A stretch of DNA of 26,946 nucleotides from Azolla caroliniana. Lineage: Eukaryota > Plantae > Polypodiophyta. A model generated the notes under the pieces. The model saw only the letters and a program-made list of their open reading frames with translations, did no database searches and was not told where the DNA came from. Shown here piece after piece: positions 1 through 10,280 of the stretch. Each line of letters starts with the position of its first letter. The first letter of the stretch is position 1. The stretch spans positions 1 through 26,946 of the forward strand of contig JBHGNT010000418.1 in assembly GCA_043228905.1 (NCBI GenBank), given 5' to 3'. The translations under genes were made by a program, and so were the position numbers.

Positions 1-451
1 TTATGGGCGTCACTTTTAGCTTCCTCGAAGCTTTCTGGCTCCCCCTCATCAATCAACAGCACATGCTCTGCATCCGGAAATCTCCGGGGGGCCCTTCTCT
101 CTCTGAGAGGATATCTCCGTCTTTGGCTTTCGCCAACCGGCTCCACTATTTGTTCTTCATTTGAATCCGATTCGGGATCTTGGCCGGTTCCGATTTCACC
201 TATTCCTTTTTCTTTGGCCTGTCTTGTCTCCTTACCGTCACAAGCCGGTTCATCGAGTGCTAACCGGTCTCTTGCCGGTTGGGTCTGCTCATCATAGAAT
301 CGATCCTTACCGGTCGACTCGGAGTTCATTATCTTCTTCTCCGACTCCCAGTCAGCGAGCGTCTTGTCCTCAATGAAAATAATATCTCGACTTCGGAATA
401 CCTTCTTGTCGGCCTGGTCCCACACTCGGTAGCTGAACTCATCGTCACCGT
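1..451 (-). pseudogene. C-terminal part of the copia integrase region (SH3-like segment and linker)
   Basis: Removing 452-3985 plus one CCGT copy restores CIFLGYGDDEFSYRVWDQADKKVFRSRDIIF in frame. Confidence 0.88.
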
Positions 452-1178
452 TGTCGTGCCTTTCGGCGCCAGATCGTTGCGTGAGTCGGGTGGGAACCGC
501 TGGGGTTTTGGACTAGGAAGAGGAGAGTTTTAAGGCTAATAAGAATATAAATATGTTGTAAGAAAGAGTTATAGCAAACTCGTGAATTCCACGAGTGTAT
601 TGTATTAGATTAATCAATATGAATATAAGAATATAAACTTCGGTTGAAAGAGAATGATATAGAATTCTCGTGAATCCCACGAGTATAGTTTATTAATTGG
701 TGTTTTAGGAAATATATCCAATTTCCCAAATATTTTTCACACACAATTACATTGTGCTTCCCATCCTTATGTAGTGATGAGGAAGTCTTAGTAATCCATG
801 CTTTTTCTCTAACTATAGACCCCATGCTTTTCCTATAGATAGACTATATGCTTTATCTAAAGTGATCATGCTTTTTCTAACTTGTGCGTTTTTTATCATG
901 CACGCTAGATGTGTATGTGTAGCTTTTTCTTTTGTTATGCGTTTTTCTAATGTTTATCCTAGCGTGAATTTACCTTTCTATGTGGGACATCTATGCTTTA
1001 ACACTAATGAAATGCTAGTGTAATGGTAAGACATTACATTATTAACATGGAGGTGCAAGGTTCGAATCTTGCCCTATGCATGTTCCATTTATTTTGCTAT
1101 TTTCTTCTATTTCTTCATTTTTTATTGAATCTAATACTATATACGTTTTTCACGTAGTGTACAAAATACACTACGACA
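452..1178 (-). repeat. 3' LTR of the gag-only element (727 bp)
   Basis: TGTCGT/ACGACA termini, block homology to 3238-3985, adjacent to the PPT. Confidence 0.9.
1016..1069 (+). promoter_or_regulatory. tRNA-like Pol III internal promoter (A box and B box), antisense to the element
   Basis: TAGTGTAATGG at 1016-1026 and GGTTCGAATCT at 1059-1069; box starts 43 nt apart. Confidence 0.6.
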
Positions 1179-1190
1179 CTCACCCCCTCC
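1179..1190 (-). other. Polypurine tract
   Basis: GGAGGGGGTGAG immediately before the 3' LTR; overlaps the ORF stop codon. Confidence 0.8.
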
Positions 1191-3198
1191 AAACCCGCAC
1201 ATCCTCCGGTATGTGCCGAAGTTGTTGGTGTTTGTTAGTCTCCTCCGTCCGGTCTCTACCCGATTGGTTTCGTTGCCGGCTCGTAGTACCCTCGACTTCT
1301 CTTGTTATGTTGACTTTGTCTCTCCATTTGGAGCACATCCATTCTTTCCACCCGAACCATTGTCGACATCCGATCCACCATAGTCTTCGTTCGCTTTTTG
1401 CATGGCCCGCTTGGTCCTTGTCATCCACGGTAGTATCTTTTCTTGCCCTCTTTCTTTTCTTCATCAATCTCGACTTCTTTTCGGATTTTCGGTTTAGTCG
1501 GATTAGCTTACTTCCGATTCGGTCTCGTCGGATCGTCTTTCGTTTAGTTCGGCTTCCTTTCCGATTTGTATTCGGTCGATCCGGACTCGGTTGATCGGTT
1601 TTTACCGATTCAGTGCTCTTTCGGGTCGGTTTCTTTTCTTTTCTTTTCGTCCGGATTTGCTTTCTTTTCTTCGTTTTCACCTGCCTTGTCCGGTTCGACT
1701 TTCGGCACTTCTTTCCGTTGTTCGCCACGTAGGTCCTCCGATATGTGCTCGTTGTTCGGTCCTCGTGTGGTTGTAATGCATGCTTCTTTTCTCGCCGTAG
1801 CGCGTGCTTCTTTATTCGCCATAACACGCGTTTCTTTATTCGCCGTAGAGCGTGCTCTGTATTACGCGCTTCTCCCGTCGTAGACCCGACCTCCGCATTG
1901 TCGCACTTTCTTTTAGATTGGAATTTCGGATGGATCATTTTCCATCCGAACCGACTTCCGACTTTACCTTCCTCGCCGCCATCTCCCGTCTCTCCGGTCT
2001 CACGTTGGTTCTCGGACACAACCGCCGAAGTCTCTAGATATTGTTGGCATGAATCCTCGGTATTACCTTCTTTCGTAGTTTCACCCTTAGCATTCTTCTC
2101 GGCTATCTCTTCATCGTATTCGTCGGCTTCGACATTCGTTTTCTCTCCGCCACCTTCCGTCTCTTCGGTCTCACGTTGCCTTTCGATCGCAACCGCCGGA
2201 GTCTCTGGAATCAGTGGTGGGGAAGTCTCGATATGGCAATCCGCCATTGATTCGTCCATAGCCACCTCCGATTCGATTTCGTCTTTTGTGGCTACCTCCT
2301 TAATCACATCCGCTTCACACTCTTTATCTGCATCAATTATGCAAACATCTATTATGCTTACCCCTTTTTGACCCGATGTCTCGGGCACTTGTATCCCGAA
2401 ATTTCCTTCTATACTTGAATTATCGGCCTTATCCTTCGCCATCGTTCTTTCACAAGACAAGAGGGTAGCTTGTTTTACACCCTCTTCCGTCGCACCATCA
2501 TGTTGTATTTCGGCCTTCATATCGGCTCCATCGTTTGTCTTCAATCGACCATCCTTCATCGGCCATGTTGTTGACAAGATTCTCATCTTCCTCTCATCAT
2601 GTCTCCGGCATACCCTTTGGACTTCGGCCCAATCTTCGGTAAGACCATTCGCACCGTCATCGTCTTCGAGTTCAATCCCGATGTCCTTCCTTTCTTTCCG
2701 ATCAATCGATCTTACGAACATTAGGACTTTGTCCTCTCCCACCAATCGTTGTTCTCGCTCCGAGAGTCGAGCAAAACGATGCTCGAACTCTAGGAACGCT
2801 TGCGTTGCACTTCGGTGAGTCTTCTCCGACGCCACCCATTCGTCGAATTCTCGTCGATCTCGTCCCGTCCATCTCTCATAGTCATATGCCTCCCGTAAAG
2901 CTTCTTCAAAGGACTCCCATGTCGAGTTTTGTTGTTGTATCTTGTGGATTCTCTCTTGTAGTTCGTCCGAGGCCACCCGACTAAAGGATATCACTTGCAA
3001 TCCTTCCGGTATCCGATATTGCATCATCTCCGCCTTATATTCACGTAGGTAGCGTGACACACCCTTACCGTTGAATTCCCCGTTTCGTCGCAGAAGCCGC
3101 TCTACTGCCGCCTTCATCTCCGACATCGCACATTGTTCTTGTTGCATCCGCTCAAACATTATCATCATCATGTTCATCGCCTCTTGTTGATTCTCCAT
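1180..3198 (-). CDS. gag: Gag-like protein (672 aa from first ATG) with an acidic middle and a K/R-rich tail
   Basis: Uninterrupted ORF filling the space from PBS to PPT. The N-terminal ~210 aa look helical and capsid-like (FNGKGVSRYLREY...TWESFEEALREAY). The gag call rests on position and remembered resemblance. The GTG start at 3219 in the ORF track lies inside the PBS. Confidence 0.7.
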   Translation of the reverse strand: MENQQEAMNMMMIMFERMQQEQCAMSEMKAAVERLLRRNGEFNGKGVSRYLREYKAEMMQYRIPEGLQVISFSRVASDELQERIHKIQQQNSTWESFEEALREAYDYERWTGRDRREFDEWVASEKTHRSATQAFLEFEHRFARLSEREQRLVGEDKVLMFVRSIDRKERKDIGIELEDDDGANGLTEDWAEVQRVCRRHDERKMRILSTTWPMKDGRLKTNDGADMKAEIQHDGATEEGVKQATLLSCERTMAKDKADNSSIEGNFGIQVPETSGQKGVSIIDVCIIDADKECEADVIKEVATKDEIESEVAMDESMADCHIETSPPLIPETPAVAIERQRETEETEGGGEKTNVEADEYDEEIAEKNAKGETTKEGNTEDSCQQYLETSAVVSENQRETGETGDGGEEGKVGSRFGWKMIHPKFQSKRKCDNAEVGSTTGEARNTEHALRRIKKRVLWRIKKHALRREKKHALQPHEDRTTSTYRRTYVANNGKKCRKSNRTRQVKTKKRKQIRTKRKEKKPTRKSTESVKTDQPSPDRPNTNRKGSRTKRKTIRRDRIGSKLIRLNRKSEKKSRLMKKRKRARKDTTVDDKDQAGHAKSERRLWWIGCRQWFGWKEWMCSKWRDKVNITREVEGTTSRQRNQSGRDRTEETNKHQQLRHIPEDVRVWRG

Positions 3199-3214
3199 CT
3201 CCTTGCCACCCGTC

Positions 3215-3232
3215 TTCACGTCGGGTTCACCA
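3215..3232 (-). other. Primer-binding site, tRNA-Trp
   Basis: TGGTGAACCCGACGTGAA, 5 nt inside the LTR; complementary to the plant cytosolic tRNA-Trp 3' end (TTCACGTCGGGTTCA-CCA, from memory). Confidence 0.85.
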
Positions 3233-3237
3233 ACTTG

Positions 3238-3985
3238 TGTCGTGCCTTTCGGCTCCGGATCGTTGCGTGAGTCGGGTGGGAACCACCGGGGTTTTGGACT
3301 AGGAGGAGGAAGAATTTGAGACTATTATAATTATGAGTAGATTATTAGAAACTTGTGAATCCCACAAGTATAATGTATTTTATTGATTAATATTTATGTA
3401 AGAATATGTATTTAGATTGATAGAGAAAGATATAGAAATCTCGTGAATCCCACGAGTATAGTTTGTTAATTGGTGTTTTAGGAAATATATCCAATTTCCC
3501 AAATATTTCACACACTATTACATTGTGCTCCCCATCCTTATGTAGTGATGGGAGAGACTAAGCATAGCTACATGCTTTTTTTCTAATATGTTCATGCACA
3601 CTAAATGTGCATGTGATGCTTTTCTAATCCTTGCTTTTATTTGCTAAATATAGTGCTCATGCACGCTAGATGTGCACGAGTCACTTTTTAGTTGCTTGCG
3701 TTTTTTTTCTATAAAATATTCACACACTCTAAAAATGCACGATTTACCTTTTAATAAAGGTAGGCGCAAATAAAGCACTTATAGTTATTAAATCTATTTA
3801 TAGAACACTAAAGATAAGGTAGCATAATGGTAAAGTTGAGGTTTGGCTATGTGGAGGTACAGGGTTCGAATCCTGCCCTATGCACGTGATAAATATCTTG
3901 ATATATTATTTTATTTATTTATATGTAATTAAATCAGTTATATTATTTTTACTTTTTCACGTAGTGTACGAAATACACTACGACA
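3238..3985 (-). repeat. 5' LTR of the gag-only element (748 bp)
   Basis: Same termini as 452-1178; followed on the minus strand by the PBS. Confidence 0.9.
3820..3873 (+). promoter_or_regulatory. tRNA-like A box and B box, antisense to the element
   Basis: TAGCATAATGG at 3820-3830 and GGTTCGAATCC at 3863-3873; 43 nt spacing. Confidence 0.65.
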
Positions 3986-5404
3986 CCGTAACCGAGGAAT
4001 ATGCATGGCCGGGTCTTTGGATCCAACTTTCCTCTCCGGTCCTTAGCAACATGCACGTACGCGAGACACCCGAATACCTTCAGATGCCGGTAGGACACTT
4101 CCTTACCGGTCCAGACTCTCTACGGTGTGTCTCCATCCAAGGGCACTGAGGGTGATTTGTTTATCACATACGTCGCTGTCGATAGCGCCTCAACCCAAAA
4201 TGTCTTGGGTAATTTTGCATGCGCCAGCATACTCTGGACCCTTTCCATTATGGTCTGGTTCATCCTCTCGGCCAACCCATTTAGTTCCGATGTCTTCGGC
4301 ACGGTAAATTCGAGCGGGATTCCCTTCGAGCTACAGTACTCCTCAAACTGCCCCCGATATTCACCTCCATTATTTGCTCAAACCGCCTTCAGCTTTCGGC
4401 CGGTTTCTCTTTCCACTCTTGCGTGGAGCTCTTTGAAGACGGATAACACCTGATCTTTCGTCTTCAACAGTGTGGCCCACAGCTTCCGGCTATGGTCATG
4501 TATGAATGTCACGAAGTACTGCGATCCGGCATGTGACTTCGTGTCCACTTGACATACATCAGTATGCACCAACTCTAGTGGTGCATTACATCTCATTGGT
4601 GGCCTGGATCGGAAGGAGGTCCGGTTTTGTTTACCGGCCAGACAATCAATGCACTTCTCCAAGTGCACGTTCTTCACTGGAATGAGGTTGTCGTCTGCAA
4701 GCCTCTTCATCCCCTTCTCGCTCATGTGACATAACCTCTTGTGCCACAGCTCACCGGCAGTGTCGGAAGCCATGTTCACTTCTTCCGGGCATAAACGGGC
4801 ATTCATCAGGTAGAACGTGTTTACCATCCAGGCCCGAGCCACAATCAGGCTCCCTTTGCTGAACTTCATAACACCGTTCTGGATGCTACCCGTGTAGCCT
4901 TCATTATCTAGCCGACCGGTTGATATCGGGTTCAGACGAACCTCTGGAACTTGTTAGACATCCTTCAGCAACAGCTTGCATCCGGTTGGTGTTGTCAACC
5001 ATACGTCTCCTATGCCGACAATTCGGCATGTACCTTCATTCCCCATCCAGACACAGCCGTGATCACCGGTTGAGTAGGATGAGAAGCATTTCCGGTCCGG
5101 GGTAAGGTGGAACGACGCTCCGGAGTCGACCACCCAGGTCATCTCGTCGCCGGCAAGGTTTAGCTCACTCTTGTCGGTGATGAGCATCAACTCTTCTTCA
5201 CTTGCCGCGATTGCCGTCGTTCCCTTCTGGTCCACTCCCCTCCGGTCTTTACCAGTCTGGTCCGGTGTCCGCTTTGAATCGGTACCATCGATTTCCTTGT
5301 CTTTTCGGAAGTGCCGACAGTTCTTCTGGAAGTGTCCCGGCTTGCCACAATAGAAGCAAGTAGGCCTTCCCCTTGACTTTGACCGTGTCCCCGACTTTTC
5401 CCGG
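3986..5404 (-). pseudogene. Copia zinc knuckle, protease and integrase (stops and frameshifts)
   Basis: ORF pieces 4954-5404, 4378-4869 and 4120-4302 (NGLAERMNQTIMERVQSML, FWVEALSTATYVINKSPS). Confidence 0.92.
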
Positions 5405-6261
5405 TGTCGTGAAGAATTTCGGCCAGAGGCGGAAACCGGGAAATATTGGCTACATCGACGGGGTGCAACATGTACAGTCACCCTTGTACATTTAGTGTGA
5501 ATAGTAGGAGTCAAGTTGGGACAGAGAATCCCATGTAAGTCGGGATTTATCCCACATTGTAGCGCATCTCCCTCCTTGTTCTATAAAAGGAAGGGAGCGC
5601 CTCTTGTGAGAGGGTTGCCCATTTTTGAGTCGTAAGAGTATACCATTTTGTGCTTCGTTTCTAGGGTTAGTGACATTCTTTCCTTTTTTTTTCTTCTGCC
5701 CCTTCTCCTTCTCGAGAACTCAAGCGGCAGCTATGGCGGGAAAGCTATTAGGTTAACTCTTCTTCTTCTGTGAGTAGCCGGCTCGCGGCCAGGGTTGTAT
5801 CTCTCCTTGTTGTAGGTTGCTTCTGCTCAGCCACCTGTGCAAGACCCCGCTCGGCGCGATGAGCCCGAAAGCTCCCCGACAACGGCTTGGCGGCAGACTG
5901 CCGTTGCGACCTAGTCTACCTTAGTTCGAGTCGGAGTAGGAGTTGTAACTCACTCTTGTAATCATATATATATATATACAGGGTTGTGCATATTTGTGTC
6001 TCTATCGGTGTCGGGTGCTTTCCCTTCCCAGTGTTTCCTGTACATAGAGGTGTGGGTTGTGTCGGTGTTGCGCACGTGTTCTCTCCCTCTCTTCCTCTCT
6101 CGCGTTTGGTAGCCACCGGTATGCGTCCAGAATCGCTCCGCTTCGCACCACCACCAGTGTAGCCGGGATTGGAGAGAAGTCGGCTTCCTACGCTCCGTCC
6201 TCCCTAGTCCAAGACCCCCGTGGTCCCGCCCTTCTATACGCACGCGCGTAACATCGCGACA
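5405..6261 (+). mobile_element. Solo LTR (857 bp) with 4-bp TSD CCGG
   Basis: TGTCGTGA...TCGCGACA ends; CCGG at 5401-5404 and 6262-6265; excision restores gag SPQNREKSGTRSKSR in frame; TATAAAA near 5582. Confidence 0.88.
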
Positions 6262-6913
6262 CCGGTTTTGGGGACTACGGTTCCTTTGTCTTCCGCATTC
6301 CGATTCGGTAAGGAGCGCTTTGGAGTTGGAGCTCGTATCCTTATCTTTCCGATGCGCCTCCTCATCTAGCAAGCTCAACTTCACTCGTGCTAGGGATAAC
6401 CGTTTCCCTTCAGGCCCGGCGTTGCCCAAAGTGACAACCAACGTCTCCCAGCTATCTGGGAGGGAACTGAGCAGGAGTAGTGCTAGTACCTCATCGGCGA
6501 GAGGTACTTCCAATGATGTTGCCTGGTGGATCAGCCCCTGGAAGGCATTCATGTGCTCTGCCATGCTGGAGCCATCTTGGTACCGAAGTCTTACTAGCTT
6601 CCGAAATACCGAAACTTGATTAACAACATTTTTGTTTTTGAAACATAATGCCGATCTTCTCCCAGAGCTCATGAGCCTTGCTCTCTTCATTGAAGTTGTT
6701 GTATAGACTCATGTCGATGAAGCACCGTATGAACGTCGTTGTCTTCATGTGCATCACCTCCCATATCGTGGCGTCGATTTTGTCTGGTCTCTTGTCCCCG
6801 AACTGAACCAACAACCAAAGATCTTTAACCATGAGCATGTCCCTCATCTTTGACTTCCACACCGAATAGTTAGAGCCGGTGAGCTTGAACATGCCTCCCA
6901 ACGAATCGTCCAT
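6262..6913 (-). pseudogene. gag: Copia gag, frameshifted near 6640
   Basis: MFKLTGSNYSVWKSKMRDML...; LALLLLSSLPDSWETLVVTL is typical of copia gag. Confidence 0.9.
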
Positions 6914-6929
6914 TTTTATGTGTCGTTTC

Positions 6930-6941
6930 GCTCTGATACCA
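6930..6941 (-). other. Primer-binding site, tRNA-iMet
   Basis: TGGTATCAGAGC, 3 nt inside the LTR. Confidence 0.92.
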
Positions 6942-6944
6942 CTT

Positions 6945-7625
6945 TGACAATAACTACGTGCTCTCTAAACACAACGCTCGGCCACAACCGAGTCTAGGAT
7001 CAAACACAGAAAACGGGTAAGGTACGCACGACACAATGAAGAGAAGAGTACACATGATGTTAACGTGGAAAACCCAAACGTGGGAAAAACCACAGCAGCC
7101 CACAGACTGCAAACTTTCACTATATCACAATGTACAATAGTAAAGCACCGAGGCAACGACCTCGAGCTTGCTATGTTCCTCACAGGTGGCGGTTACAATA
7201 GAGGCAACGACCTCTTCCTCTCTCTCTCTCTCTCTCTCTGTACATAATTACGCACAGAGTCTTGCACCAACAAGAATGAATACAATACTCTCTACACTAA
7301 GTTTTCCCTAAGTCATATTTATATTAATATGACTTTTCGGCTATTTACAAATATAGCCCCAATGGACTCTCAGAAACATATTTACGAATATGTCCCTTCA
7401 TCCGGTGAGCACTCCTCACCGGGCCTGCATCATTCGGCTCTTGCCAAGCACTCGTGATCTGGTTCTCACCGGGCCTTCACCATCCGGCTCTTGCCGGGTC
7501 CTTGTCATCCGGTTCTCACCGGGTCTTCTGTTGCTGGGTACTCCACATCCAGATTCAGCCTCAGCCGAGTTGCTCATCAACATTGTTCTTCTCACTTCCC
7601 ATCCGGAGGGACCTGTTTCCTAACA
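6945..7625 (-). repeat. 5' LTR of the Tnt1/Tork-like copia
   Basis: TGTTAGG...TGTCA on the minus strand; the outer end coincides with the abrupt start of host RT homology at 7626. The partner LTR is outside the window. Confidence 0.75.
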
Positions 7626-10009
7626 GAGGTATGTCGACTGAAGAAGTCCCTCTACGGACTAAAGCAAGCCCCGCGCGCGTGGAACGCGAAGATCACGCAA
7701 CGCCTCCGTTGGATGGGGTTTGCGACATCCAAACCAAACTCCTCATTGTTCTACCGGCAAGGTCGACATGGACCAGTTAGTATTTTACTTTATGTTGATG
7801 ATTTAGTCATTGCTAGCACCGACCTAGATGAAATTGGTCGTGTAAAGTCCAAGCTCGCAGTATCATTCGACATGAAGGACCCAGGGGACCTTCATTACTT
7901 CCTAGGAGATCGAAGTGATCCGCATCCCCGAAGGCATAGTGATCAGCCAACGACATTACGTGCTGAGTATGCTCTTCAAATTCGGGATGACACACTGTAA
8001 GTCCATCTCAACTCCTTTGTATAAAAATGACAAGCTTTGCCGAGATTCGGGAAAGGTGTGCGACCCGACACAGTTCTGACAGATTCTCAAAAGCCTAATT
8101 TATTTGACGATCACTCGACCGGATCTCAGTTACCCGGTAGGACTGATCAGTCAATTTATGTCGCAACCCACGACCGAACACCGTCAATGCGTGCAAAGGA
8201 TATTGCGCTATGTCCGTGGCACTAAGGATAGGGCGCTACTATATCTGACCGGTATTGTCGGAAAGGTCGTCGGCTACTCGGATGCAGATTGGGCCAGAAA
8301 CGCTGACGATTGTAGATCCACATCTGGGCTCGCTTTTTTGCTTGGTGTGAAAATGTTTTTAGAATCTAAGCCATTGAACATTAGAAGAATATAAAGTATG
8401 GATAATTCACATTTGGAGGCTAAGAACACAAACCAAGGCCTTAGGAAGAAGTCAAAAGTAAAAGTAAGAGACCAAGAGAAAAGTAAAAAGAGAAAAAGCG
8501 GACCATAAAAAACAGTAAAAATGAAATGGTCATAACTCCTTCGTTTTTCACCCAAATATTATTTTTAAATATAGGTTAGAAATCTTGTAAAGAGAGCTAT
8601 CTATATCTTTTTAAATCCCTAAATTTGGATATCTGATGAGGGAGATATGATGATTAGAAGGTCGTTGGGTCTTAGCTAAAAATAGGGGATAAAAAGCTTC
8701 TAAAATTAGTGTGAACGAGGAAGAAGAAGAAAATTATAAAAGAGGAAGGAACTAATAGGGAGAGGATCCTAATAGAGGAGAGGGAGTCTTAGGAAGAGAA
8801 ATCTTAGTGAAAGAGGAAGAGTCTTAATTGTGGTTTTTGAGTGATTGGTAGTAAGAAGGTCTTTGGTTTCTTAGTTGAATGTGGAGTTTATCTCCTTTGT
8901 ATTGTCTTGATGTTGGAATATCATAACAATATTATCTCTTTCTCATCTTCTTTATCTTTTTTTCTTAATTTCTTGAGTCTCTCTTGATCTATATAATATA
9001 TTATGAGTCACAACTCCATCTAACCGGTTTGGTCAAGCCCTCATATAGTGTAAGATTATCCTTTGTCTTAAACACCTCATCACTTGGGAGCGCCGCATTC
9101 GCTTGGAGCAGCAAGAAGCAGCCGAGAATTGCACTGTTGAGCACGGAGGTTGAGTATCGAGGAGCCGCTATCGCAACATGCGAAGCCATTTGGCTCAAGA
9201 GGCAACTCAAGGATCTATAGGTGGAGGTGTTCGATCCGACGACGATCTACTACGACAACCGGAACAACATCCAACTTGCGAAGAACACCGTCTTCCACGC
9301 CCGGACCAAGCACATTGAGCTGCACTACCATTTTGTCTGCGAGCGTTTCCTCTCCGGTGAAGTCGAACTAGTATATGTTATACGGATCGGCAGATTGCCG
9401 ACATCTTCACCAAGCGCCTTAGTCTCGACAAGTTGCGACAATTTGCGGGTGCGCTTGGTTTCCAACACCTTGATGTGCCGAAATTGAGGAGGAGAAATGA
9501 CCAGGAAAGGGAGCAAAAAAGGAGCAGAAGTGACCGCGAAGCCGAGTCAGATGAAGAATTCGATTTTGTGTCGATTGAAGACACCGAAGGCGGAAACAGG
9601 GGCAACAACTGAAGGGAAGAGCCGGAGTCAACTGAACAAGGGGGAGATGAAGCCAAGAAGGCCAAGAAGGATAAGACCAAGACATGGTCAGATGTGGTTA
9701 AGGGCCTGAAGACCGAAAACGAATTGGAGACAACCAATTCGAACAAAAGCGGAAATGAGTAAGAGGCAACCGATTTGGTTCAAATGTTCGATTCAGGGAT
9801 GCCGAATCAACTAAAGGCCAAGAGAAAGAAAGGGCAGCGAGAGCAGCAAGGGAGTTGGGAAAGGTCGCATGAGCAGACAAGGCGACCGAAAGGGTCAAGG
9901 CACGTGGAATCGAACAGGTCGAGGAGCGCGACTGAGACGTGAAGCCAGGAGAAGCCCGAGCGAAGAACTGGAAGAGCAAGTGGAACCTCAAGTTGAGCTT
10001 GAGGGGGAA
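7626..10009 (+). pseudogene. pol: Copia reverse transcriptase and RNase H, with a charged 3' extension
   Basis: CRLKKSLYGLKQAPRAW, LLYVDDL, TRPDLSYPVGLISQFM, GYSDADWA, WSSKKQ, FHARTKHIE; split by the solo LTR at 8346-9082; PPT GAGGGGGAA at 10001-10009. Confidence 0.93.
8346..9082 (+). mobile_element. Solo LTR (737 bp) with 5-bp TSD CTTGG
   Basis: TG...CA ends; CTTGG at 8341-8345 and 9083-9087; excision joins STSGLAFLLG to SAAFAWSSKKQ; TATAAAA near 8735. Confidence 0.88.
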
Positions 10010-10280
10010 TGTTGAGATACAAGCTGAACATTGGGTGTGTAAACCAATGCGTAGACTGGGTGCGTAACTAAAGGCTGTATCGGTGCGTAAACCAAGAGGC
10101 CATTGGATAGATATTTGGCGGAGGAATATATTTTGGGAGTTAGTGTAGGGACTCATTGATGAGCATTGAAGTATGAGTCAGTACTTCTGTCAATCCGTAT
10201 GGAATTCTATAAAAGTGCTTGTACGCACTCTTGAATTAAGTGATAGTGCACTTCGATATGCTTTGTGCGTGCGTTCAACA
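10010..10280 (+). repeat. 3' LTR (271 bp) of the plus-strand copia
   Basis: Follows the PPT; TGTTGA...TCAACA; the RNase H of the host element is cut at 10281. Confidence 0.85.

Larger units (their letters stand above)
452..3985 (-). mobile_element. Non-autonomous gag-only LTR retrotransposon (3534 bp), probably non-chromovirus Ty3/gypsy type
   Basis: Two LTRs with TGTCGT...ACGACA ends, 4-bp TSD CCGT (448-451 and 3986-3989), PBS, PPT and one internal ORF. No PR, RT, RNase H or integrase motifs seen. Confidence 0.9.
1..7625 (-). mobile_element. Ty1/copia LTR retrotransposon, Tnt1/Tork-like; runs off the left edge and is interrupted by two insertions
   Basis: 5' LTR 6945-7625, tRNA-iMet PBS, then gag, CCHC knuckle (CFYCGKPGHFQKNC), protease (WVVDSGASFHLT), GAG-pre-integrase (LWHKRLCHMS) and integrase (LELVHTDVC) in copia order. 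The RT would lie outside the window. Confidence 0.9.

Noticed and set aside
1005-1085. Functional tRNA genes at the A/B-box sites
   Set aside because: I could not fold convincing acceptor or anticodon stems at any copy, so they are reported only as tRNA-like promoter modules.
1076-2371. Plus-strand ORFs of 172, 105 and 208 aa
   Set aside because: S/F/L-rich antisense shadows of the purine-rich minus-strand ORF.
5410-6253. Alternative solo-LTR boundaries TGAAG...TAACA
   Set aside because: They give no TSD; 5405-6261 gives a CCGG duplication, terminal inverted repeats and a clean restored gag junction.
5962-6261. C-terminal part of the 242-aa ORF as real gag sequence
   Set aside because: It is read-through into the inserted solo LTR.
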